IMG/VR virus record: IMGVR_UViG_2623620416_000002
Location: 1 to 41,252 of that record
Strand: one strand, 5' to 3'
DNA from: a virus
Lineage: Duplodnaviria > Heunggongvirae > Uroviricota > Caudoviricetes
Length of the DNA: 41,252 nucleotides
Shown: in pieces, positions 34,316 through 41,252 of the stretch
Layout: each line of letters opens with the position of its first letter
How positions within the stretch are numbered: the first letter of the stretch is position 1
Notes under the pieces: model-generated
The model's database searches: none
Seen by the model: only the letters and a program-made list of their open reading frames with translations
Told to the model about the DNA's origin: nothing
Position numbers and translations under genes: made by a program

Positions 34316-35767
34316 ATGATGACAGACGCTGTTAATCAAATTCTATCAGGGCTAGATCAAGGTATCGTGTCTCAAGCAGACATCGAAAACCTTAACAAAG
34401 CCATCACAGCCGGTTACGGCGGAGCTGGTAAACCAACAGACCTCACTTATGGTGGTGTCCTTCAAGCGGAATCATTAGAAGCTACATTGAAAAGTGTTAC
34501 CTTCGACATGAAAAACTTGAAAATGTGGCCTGCAATCTCCGTTGATAAGGCATACAACTTGTTCGAGCAATATAACCGCTTGATCAGCTACGGGTCAGAC
34601 TCTGCACCATATATTGGTGAGGGTGGAGCGCCGATCGAAGAAGATTCGACGTACGTTCGTGACGGACAAAAGATCGTGTTCTTCGGTACACGACGTAAAG
34701 TCTCTCACCAAATGACTTTAGTTCGCACAACTGTTGGTGACATCGTTGCGCAACAAGCTAAAGAAGGAACTATGCACCTTCTTAAGAACGTTGAACGTGA
34801 AATGTATTGGGGTCATGCTCACTTCATTAACCGTCTTGACGGTTCAAACTCAGGATCTCCTGCTGATCTTCCACAGAACAGCATCGCGATGTCTGGTTTG
34901 TTACAACAACTTAAAAAAGGTGATTCAGACGTATTAATGCGTTCTGGTGACTTCGAAGGTTATGGCGATGCTCAATCTATCGCTCAAGACCTTGGTGGTA
35001 ACGTAATTGCTCAAGACGACATCGAGCGTTTAGCAGTTATCGCATTGGAAAACTTCGGTTCTCCATCTGAGCTACACATCGAACCAGCTGCTTTGTCAGC
35101 GTTCGTAAAACAGTTCTATCCTCAGTTCCGTTCTGCTCCAGGTCTTGCTAACCAAACGGTTGGTTATGACGTGAACAAAATGACTACAACTGCTGGAACT
35201 GTAGACTTCAAGCCTAACTTGTTCTTGCGCCCTCGCGCTGGTGCTCGTGCTCTTGCGGTTTCCGCTCTTGCTCCTGCTCCTGGTTCATTCGCTGTTGCTT
35301 CAGCTGGTGCTGGTGCTGGTTCTGCTTACGCAGCCGGTGTTTACCAAATCAAGGCAACTTTAGTTAATGACGCTGGTGAATCAATCCCAGTTCAAGGTGC
35401 TGCTGCTACTATCACTGCTGGACAAAACATCCAGTTGACAGTAACAAACATGCCTGCTAACGTTAAGTACATCAAGGTGTTCTTATCTGCAGCTGGTGGC
35501 GCTGTTGGAACTGAAAAGTTCGCAGGTAACTTTGCAAACGCTGGAAACACTACTTATGTGTTAGCTGGACGTAAGCAAGCTGGTCTTGGTGAGGCATTCT
35601 TGTTAGATATGTCTGCTGAGTGCATGAAGTTCAAGCAATTGGCTCCATTAAGCAAAATCAACTTTGCTATCGTTACGACTGCTCTTGAGTTCGCGATTGT
35701 TATGTACGGAGCTTTATTCGTATATACTCCACGATTCAACTGCTTGTTCGAAAACGTAGGTAAGTAA
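34316..35767 (+). CDS. Major capsid protein (SPO1/Twort-type HK97 fold)
   Basis: N-terminal KA|ITAGYG and LQAESL; C-terminal QLAPLSKINFA...FAIVMYGAL..YTP...FENV closely parallels Twort-like capsid C-termini; highly biased codon use; terminator follows. Confidence 0.92.
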   Translation: MMTDAVNQILSGLDQGIVSQADIENLNKAITAGYGGAGKPTDLTYGGVLQAESLEATLKSVTFDMKNLKMWPAISVDKAYNLFEQYNRLISYGSDSAPYIGEGGAPIEEDSTYVRDGQKIVFFGTRRKVSHQMTLVRTTVGDIVAQQAKEGTMHLLKNVEREMYWGHAHFINRLDGSNSGSPADLPQNSIAMSGLLQQLKKGDSDVLMRSGDFEGYGDAQSIAQDLGGNVIAQDDIERLAVIALENFGSPSELHIEPAALSAFVKQFYPQFRSAPGLANQTVGYDVNKMTTTAGTVDFKPNLFLRPRAGARALAVSALAPAPGSFAVASAGAGAGSAYAAGVYQIKATLVNDAGESIPVQGAAATITAGQNIQLTVTNMPANVKYIKVFLSAAGGAVGTEKFAGNFANAGNTTYVLAGRKQAGLGEAFLLDMSAECMKFKQLAPLSKINFAIVTTALEFAIVMYGALFVYTPRFNCLFENVGK

Positions 35768-35800
35768 TAATCAAATATTAGTCTTAAATGATTAAGTAAT

Positions 35801-35832
35801 AAAGGTCAAACGCAAGTTTGGCCTTTTTTATT
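35801..35832 (+). terminator. Intrinsic terminator after the MCP
   Basis: AAAGGTCAAAC-GCAA-GTTTGGCCTTTTTTATT. Confidence 0.88.
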
Positions 35833-35848
35833 TCTATTTGTCGACATG

Positions 35849-35855
35849 GTAGAAT
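35849..35855 (+). promoter_or_regulatory. -10 box GTAGAAT, leaderless geometry
   Basis: TAGAAT at 35850-35855, 6 nt before ATG 35862. Confidence 0.65.
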
Positions 35856-35861
35856 AGAGTT

Positions 35862-36371
35862 ATGATGGAAATGCACGAGATAGAAGAACTTTGTAAGACA
35901 GTTAATCGTAATGCGATTAAGGCACTTCTTCGTAATGCAGCTATCATGAAAGATCCTGCAGCAACCCCAGAGATGAAGGCACAGGCCGAAGCTAACGTAA
36001 AAGCAATCTCATACAATAAACCACTTCCTAAAGTTGGTGCTGCTCCAAGACAGAAAAAACAGAAAGCCGCTGCTGCAGAGCAAGCGACTCAACTTGTTCA
36101 AACACCACAACCGACGCAAACGCCGGTAGCAGCGGCATCTCCCGTTTCATCACAAGTACCATCTCCTAAGATGGAATTTCATCAAGAATTTGCACAACAC
36201 CATGGAGTTAATCCAGAAGCTTTTAAATCAACATGGAGCGCAATGACCCCTGAGCAACAAAAAGTTACCATGGATTGGCACACAGAACAACTTGCAAAGC
36301 CTAAATTAAAAGTTGCAAAAAGTCTTGATTCACTTTACGATCTCTTTTCTCAGCTTAAAAAACACCTGTAA
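35862..36371 (+). CDS. Hypothetical P/A/Q-rich protein, possible internal head protein
   Basis: Low-complexity linker; VAKS|LD motif near the C-terminus. Confidence 0.7.
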   Translation: MMEMHEIEELCKTVNRNAIKALLRNAAIMKDPAATPEMKAQAEANVKAISYNKPLPKVGAAPRQKKQKAAAAEQATQLVQTPQPTQTPVAAASPVSSQVPSPKMEFHQEFAQHHGVNPEAFKSTWSAMTPEQQKVTMDWHTEQLAKPKLKVAKSLDSLYDLFSQLKKHL

Positions 36372-36386
36372 TTTCAAATAGCATCT

Positions 36387-36393
36387 GTATAAT
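36387..36393 (+). promoter_or_regulatory. -10 box GTATAAT, leaderless geometry
   Basis: TATAAT at 36388-36393, 6 nt before ATG 36400. Confidence 0.7.
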
Positions 36394-36399
36394 GCCTTT

Positions 36400-37074
36400 A
36401 TGAAAAAGGCAAAATATATTTGTTTAGAAGGAACTGAAGGTGTTGGTAAGACAACACAAACACAATTACTGGTTGATACGCTGAAAGCGCGAGGATACAC
36501 CGTATTGCAAACAAAAGAACCGGGCACATCTCTTGTCCCTCTAACAATGATCTTGAGAGGGATCATGCTAGACAATCAATACGACGCGCAAATGACGCGT
36601 CCAGCAAGAGAATTTATCTCTCAGGCAATTCGCTCAATTCACTTAGAGCAATTAGTTGTTCCAAATCTCGATAAGTACGATTTTATTATTCAAGATAGAG
36701 GTATCTTGAGTGGATATGCTTACGGTACTGGCTGCGGCAACCAATTAGGTTTCCTAAAACAGCTTTCTGATGAAGTAGTTGGTTCAGCATCAACTGACGA
36801 CAATGGTTTCTCTCCATACGCTACAAAAATATATGATTCAGTAATATATCTTCGAGGAGACTCTAAGAAGGGTCTTGCAAAAGCTAAAGCAGCAAAACAA
36901 GAATATGCTGCTGGTGATGCAATGGAATCAAAGGGCGATTCATTTATGGAACAAGTATCTTTTAATATGGATTTTATGTCTGAAAGCTTTAATACTGTTA
37001 GAATAGATGTTGACGGCAAGTCTATTGAAGAAGTACACAACGAGATTCTTGCCGGTCTTGGATTGGAGAAATAA
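36400..37074 (+). CDS. tmk: Thymidylate kinase
   Basis: CLEGTEGVGKTTQ, TKEPG and IIQDRGILSGYAYG. Confidence 0.9.
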   Translation: MKKAKYICLEGTEGVGKTTQTQLLVDTLKARGYTVLQTKEPGTSLVPLTMILRGIMLDNQYDAQMTRPAREFISQAIRSIHLEQLVVPNLDKYDFIIQDRGILSGYAYGTGCGNQLGFLKQLSDEVVGSASTDDNGFSPYATKIYDSVIYLRGDSKKGLAKAKAAKQEYAAGDAMESKGDSFMEQVSFNMDFMSESFNTVRIDVDGKSIEEVHNEILAGLGLEK

Positions 37075-37901
37075 TGGCTAAGCAAAAGAAGAAGAATCAA
37101 TCAAAATTAGCAGGTCCTAGGGTTCTTCTATTTGATATTGAAACTGCACCAATTATTGCTCACGTTTGGTCTCTATGGGAGAACAACGTGGCTTTAAATC
37201 AAATCGTGTCTGATTGGCATGTCTTGAGTTGGAGTGCTAAATGGCTTGGTGATCCACCAGATAAAGTTATGTATATGGATCAACGTAATGCAAAAAATAT
37301 CGAAGACGATAAAAAGCTGTTACAAGGGATATGGGATTTACTCAATGAAGCTGATGTCGTTATTACTCAGAACGGCAAATCATTTGATACCAAGAAATTA
37401 AACGCACGCTTTGTCCTTCAAGGCTTTCAGCCTCCAGGCAGTGTCAAGCACATTGATACTAAGATTATTGCAGGTAAAGTTTTTGGATTTACAAGTAATA
37501 AGCTTGAATATATGACTGATAAACTCTGCACAAAATATAAAAAACTAAAACATAAAAAATTCCCTGGCCACGAAATGTGGACACAATGTCTAGCTGGAAA
37601 TCTAGAAGCATGGAAAGAGATGGAAATCTATAATAAATACGATGTTCTTTCTCTTGAGGAACTTTATCACATCCTAATTCCTTGGGACAATAGCATAAAT
37701 TTCAATCTTTATCATGATGAGGAAGATCACGTGTGTAAATGTGGAAGTACTGAATTTCATAAAAATGGTTTCTATTACACTAGTTCCGGTAAATTCCAAA
37801 AACACAAATGTAAACAATGTGGTGCTGAGCATCGCGATAAACAAAACTTATTCTCGAAAGAGAAGCGCGCATCCCTTAAAATGGGTACGCCGAAATCATA
37901 A
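37074..37901 (+). CDS. RNase H-like (YprB/DnaQ-type) exonuclease with a C-terminal zinc ribbon
   Basis: LFDIETAP, QNGKSFD, HIDT, YNKYDVLSLEELY and CKCGS...KCKQCG. Confidence 0.85.
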   Translation: MAKQKKKNQSKLAGPRVLLFDIETAPIIAHVWSLWENNVALNQIVSDWHVLSWSAKWLGDPPDKVMYMDQRNAKNIEDDKKLLQGIWDLLNEADVVITQNGKSFDTKKLNARFVLQGFQPPGSVKHIDTKIIAGKVFGFTSNKLEYMTDKLCTKYKKLKHKKFPGHEMWTQCLAGNLEAWKEMEIYNKYDVLSLEELYHILIPWDNSINFNLYHDEEDHVCKCGSTEFHKNGFYYTSSGKFQKHKCKQCGAEHRDKQNLFSKEKRASLKMGTPKS

Positions 37902-37910
37902 GGATAAAAT

Positions 37911-38462
37911 ATGCACTTTAAAGAGCTTGAAACAAAATATTATGCCGATAACATCGATATGAATGATTTTATCAAGCTCGTCCAACCACTCAACCCTGAG
38001 TGGATTATGGTTAGCAGTTACGACGACTATTTCACAAATGAAAAAGACGAGTTTATTCGGTATAGATATCACGACCACATGGGTGAACTCACTATTAAGC
38101 GCAAAACAACAGATGCAAATAATAATAATCGTGTAGAGGTAAACGTACCTACAGATGGTAAATCTGCTGCCTCTATTGATGCTTTTTGCCAACTATTGGG
38201 ATATAAAAAGAACTTCTCCATCTTCAAAACCTGCAAGATTGCATTCCTTGAAAAAGCCGTACTTGTGTATTATGTAGTCTATGATGAGAACCTTAATGAG
38301 AAGAAACGATTCATTGAGGTAGAAGCAAAAGAGACTTATAATTGGGCTTCAGAAGAAGAGGCCTGGGCTACAGTAGTAGAGTATGAAAACATGCTAGCCC
38401 CATTAGGTATCTCAGCTAAGAATCGACTTAAAAAATCATTGTTTGAACTATTCAAAAAGTAA
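37911..38462 (+). CDS. CYTH (triphosphate tunnel metalloenzyme) domain protein
   Basis: N-terminal ExExK (KELETKY), FIRYR, LTIKRK, RVEVNV and FIEVE. Confidence 0.85.
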   Translation: MHFKELETKYYADNIDMNDFIKLVQPLNPEWIMVSSYDDYFTNEKDEFIRYRYHDHMGELTIKRKTTDANNNNRVEVNVPTDGKSAASIDAFCQLLGYKKNFSIFKTCKIAFLEKAVLVYYVVYDENLNEKKRFIEVEAKETYNWASEEEAWATVVEYENMLAPLGISAKNRLKKSLFELFKK

Positions 38463-38466
38463 CCTT

Positions 38467-38486
38467 CCCGAAGTTTCAACTTCGGG
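38467..38486. repeat. Perfect inverted repeat just upstream of a -10 box
   Basis: CCCGAAGTT-TC-AACTTCGGG with no T-tract; terminator-like or a protein-binding site. Confidence 0.6.
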
Positions 38487-38491
38487 TTGAG

Positions 38492-38498
38492 GTATAAT
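38492..38498 (+). promoter_or_regulatory. -10 box GTATAAT (leadered, AGGAG SD)
   Basis: TATAAT at 38493-38498. Confidence 0.6.
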
Positions 38499-38529
38499 GT
38501 CTTCTATAGCCTAGCTTAGGAGACTTTTA

Positions 38530-38868
38530 ATGAAAACAAGTAATTTAGCAAACGAAGCAATTAGACAATCAGATGTCGGCATGGTATGGGAAGAAAAACT
38601 CTCAGGAGCTGCTGGTACATTGGTTTTATTGCCATACCAGGCTTTCAGAGTCCGAGCAGCTGCTGGTGGAACAGTCACTATTGACGGTGTTCTTGCAGCA
38701 ACTATGGTTTCTGGCGAAATCCTTATTTTTAATGCTGGTGGCGGTCTTCCAACACAAACTGATGCTGGTACAACAGGCGTGGTTACTAAACAAGCTCCAC
38801 AAGTAACTGTTGTAATTACTGGTAATCAATTCGTTCAAGTCGCAAGAGACGCAAACCGTAGAATCTAA
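38530..38868 (+). CDS. Hypothetical beta-rich protein, probably structural, 112 aa
   Basis: AGGAG SD; rich in G/T/V. Confidence 0.7.
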   Translation: MKTSNLANEAIRQSDVGMVWEEKLSGAAGTLVLLPYQAFRVRAAAGGTVTIDGVLAATMVSGEILIFNAGGGLPTQTDAGTTGVVTKQAPQVTVVITGNQFVQVARDANRRI

Positions 38869-38877
38869 GGAGTTAAC

Positions 38878-40011
38878 ATGGAACTGAAAGGTTTCAGGGA
38901 GTTACTTCTTAAAAAAGCGGCTAACGACCCTACATTACAGACATTGATTGACGTCATGAAAGACGAGATCATTGCTGAGAAGGTTTTAGAATCTCTCGAA
39001 AAAATGGCTCGCCCACAGGCTTCTATGGGTCGAAGTGCAAACGCAGGTGTTACTGCGTTTGGAAATCAAATGAAAAACAAAGACGTAGAGATGATGCGTG
39101 ATGCTTTAGCTCACCACGTTAATCACTATCGTGCTGCATTAAAAAGCGGTAAACGCGATGTTGCAGATCAACATCTAAATAAAATCATTCCTATGATGCA
39201 CTTAGCTGCAAGAGCTGGTGCACATTCAAATGGTCAATTAGGGCTAGACTATGTTCCTCTTGAGCCATGGGAAACAAATTACACATCAACTGAGCGTCGC
39301 CCAGAAACAGGTAAACTTAAAGAAGGAACTAAGGGTCTTCGTCGTCGCTTAAATAGCGCAAGTCGAGATAAAAATCCTCGTTCCGTTCCAGATTACCGTT
39401 ATCTAGAAATGGCGCCTCACGAAGAGCATGCTGATAGTAAAAAGTCATCTCATAAAGGTGGATATCCATTTGAAGAAATTCAATTAGGTAATCCAGCAAA
39501 AATTGATGCTAAAGAAGCATATTTGCATCTTCATGATGTTGAACCACAAGATAAATTTACACCTCATCCATTTGATGAACATCCAATTCATGAAGTGGGA
39601 GAGCATAAACAGGACTCTATGACTCCTGAGCAAATGGAAGATTTTGCGACTAAAATGCAAGGATGGCATGGATCAGAACATAATGCAAAATGGATGCAAA
39701 GCGTGAAAGAACTTCATGCTAAAGATCCTGAAGCATTTAAAGTTCGTGGTAAGACAAAAGCCCCACATCATTTTGAAGGTATTGATTTATTACAACAACC
39801 TCATGCTCAAAAAGCTGGAGTTGATGTGTCTGCTTTACCTCCAGAGCTTGCTGCTAAATTTGGAAATAAGCCTGCGGCTGCACCAGCACAAACTGCTGCA
39901 CCTGCGCCTGCTCAACCAGAAGTTGCTCCTGCAAAACCTGCAGCAGCACTTCCACAAGAACATCTTGCTAACCTTCCTCCAGCACTACGTGCTAAGTTTG
40001 GCGGTAAGTAA
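38878..40011 (+). CDS. Hypothetical His-rich protein, probable internal head protein, 377 aa
   Basis: AAGGAG SD; LLKKA near the N-terminus; P/A-rich tail with repeated LPPELAAKFG/LPPALRAKFG. Confidence 0.75.
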   Translation: MELKGFRELLLKKAANDPTLQTLIDVMKDEIIAEKVLESLEKMARPQASMGRSANAGVTAFGNQMKNKDVEMMRDALAHHVNHYRAALKSGKRDVADQHLNKIIPMMHLAARAGAHSNGQLGLDYVPLEPWETNYTSTERRPETGKLKEGTKGLRRRLNSASRDKNPRSVPDYRYLEMAPHEEHADSKKSSHKGGYPFEEIQLGNPAKIDAKEAYLHLHDVEPQDKFTPHPFDEHPIHEVGEHKQDSMTPEQMEDFATKMQGWHGSEHNAKWMQSVKELHAKDPEAFKVRGKTKAPHHFEGIDLLQQPHAQKAGVDVSALPPELAAKFGNKPAAAPAQTAAPAPAQPEVAPAKPAAALPQEHLANLPPALRAKFGGK

Positions 40012-41252
40012 TGTCTAAAATTGATTTATTAATGCAAAAATTAAAAGTTGCAAAAGAAGAGCTTGAAAAAGCTCGTCCAAAAATGTCTGATGAATATGAT
40101 CCAAATGATATGGATGATAATGATTCTGTTGACCCTGATTTAGAAGGTCTTCGTGAATTTGATCCAGACGATGAAGAGTCGGCAGGAGCTGACTGGTTAA
40201 AAGAAAATGACCCAGAAGCGAAAGCTCAAGGAGGAGACGAATATGAAGAGTACGATGATGACGAAGATCCAGATGCACATCAAAGATCTATTGAAGAAGA
40301 TCTCGGAGATGATAACTCAGAGTCTGAATTGGTTGAACCAGAAGCCGGAAGCACCCAAGCTGCCAGAGAAGGTAACGCCAATATCAGAGGGCAAAAAGAT
40401 CCGCAAGAAAAAGCATTATTACAAAAACCACAAGCCTCGCAAGAAGTAAGTGGCAAGAAGAGTCGTTGGAATCAGCCAAGCCGTGATGAACTCATGTCTT
40501 TGCGCCAATACACTCGTCCTTGGGAGCAACGTGCTCGTGAAGCACAAGCTTTAAAAGCCGATCCAACTAAGAACCCAGAACTAGCTAGACACGGAAATAT
40601 TATCGAAGCTAGAAATCAGGCTCATGGTGATAGGAATTCTGCATATCGTCAATTTGCAAACTCAGACGAATATAAAAATGCAGATCCAATCACACAGATG
40701 GAAATGGATGATAATTTTGAAAAAGAATGGCATGCTAAGAATCCAGAGCATTTAAAGAATGCTCTAGGTGCTCATAGCGAAGCTCATACTAAAGGTAAAA
40801 GCGCAAAAGACTTGCATGCAGCAGCTAAAGATGCACAGATTAAGAATATTATTTCTGGTGGCGGACATGGCGGCGAAGGATATTCTCTTGAAGAGGGTAT
40901 GCAACATGCTGGCGGTACCAAAGGTGAAGAAGGAACTCAAGCAACTGTGAAGCAGGATCCTGCTTCTAGTTTTGCTATGGGCAATCAAGACTTCATTAAT
41001 CAGTATGCAAAAGATTATGCCAACAAGGGTAAAAAAGTTGGCAACATCGATGAGATGCACCACTATGACGAAGGTTCTAAACGAGACATAGCTCGCATCC
41101 TTGGTGAAGGTCCAAATAAAGATCCAAAATTTGAAAAGTTTTTCGAACACTATCATCCATTAATTGGTATGAATGCTCATAAAACTTTAAACCGTTTAGG
41201 ACTTGATCCTAAGAGTCCCGATATTGATATGAGCATGTTGCATGAAGCTGGA
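40011..41252 (+). CDS. Large acidic protein, 3'-truncated (>414 aa); possible sigma region-2-like domain begins at the window end
   Basis: TAATG-coupled ATG at 40011 and open to the end of the window (absent from the ORF track). MSKIDLLMQKLKVAKEELEKARPK is followed by a D/E-rich region and ends FFEHYHPLIGMNAHKTLNRLGLDPKSPDIDMSMLHEAG. Confidence 0.8.
   Translation, partial: MSKIDLLMQKLKVAKEELEKARPKMSDEYDPNDMDDNDSVDPDLEGLREFDPDDEESAGADWLKENDPEAKAQGGDEYEEYDDDEDPDAHQRSIEEDLGDDNSESELVEPEAGSTQAAREGNANIRGQKDPQEKALLQKPQASQEVSGKKSRWNQPSRDELMSLRQYTRPWEQRAREAQALKADPTKNPELARHGNIIEARNQAHGDRNSAYRQFANSDEYKNADPITQMEMDDNFEKEWHAKNPEHLKNALGAHSEAHTKGKSAKDLHAAAKDAQIKNIISGGGHGGEGYSLEEGMQHAGGTKGEEGTQATVKQDPASSFAMGNQDFINQYAKDYANKGKKVGNIDEMHHYDEGSKRDIARILGEGPNKDPKFEKFFEHYHPLIGMNAHKTLNRLGLDPKSPDIDMSMLHEAG

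Noticed and set aside
2804-41156. All minus-strand ORFs and short overlapping plus-strand ORFs in the track
   Set aside because: They lie within well-supported + strand genes, lack motifs, SD or promoters, and match antisense or alternate-frame shadows.
1-41252. Genome-wide TAG-to-sense recoding (code 15)
   Set aside because: Long genes are intact under code 11, and the TAG stops are followed by promoters or another stop within a few codons.
1-41252. CRISPR array, IS element or retron
   Set aside because: No regularly spaced direct repeats, transposase or reverse transcriptase is visible.

Overview
A 41.3-kb segment of a large, AT-rich tailed dsDNA phage genome with every credible gene on the + strand. 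It holds an SF2 helicase fragment, a GH24 endolysin, and a translation/RNA island (Pth2-like hydrolase, a ~180-nt structured RNA, a tRNA interrupted by ~95 nt, an amber-suppressor tRNA-CTA). These are followed by dUTPase, a degenerate DNA methyltransferase, a GroEL-like chaperonin, SbcC/SbcD-like nucleases, an HNH nuclease and a DnaE polymerase with a fused DEDD exonuclease. Next come gp32-like SSB, UvsY-like and RecA/UvsX genes, a class II aldolase, and a head module (terminase, portal, protease, scaffold, SPO1/Twort-type major capsid protein) interleaved with nucleotide enzymes (two TMK-family kinases, an RNase H-like exonuclease, a CYTH protein). Most notable: (1) 18 (G)TA(T/G)AAT -10 boxes with no -35, 11 of them 6-8 nt before a start codon (leaderless mRNAs), alongside two stand-alone sigma region-4-like proteins and a possible sigma region-2 domain at the truncated end of a putative head protein; (2) a protease polyprotein carrying a lytic-transglycosylase-like domain and a 30-aa copy of the capsid N-arm, bounded by LxKA putative cleavage sites; (3) the unusual RNA island. 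The first ~78 nt are a GC-rich bacterial recQ-like fragment joined to the phage sequence, probably a chimeric junction. All protein calls come from motif recognition, not database searches.
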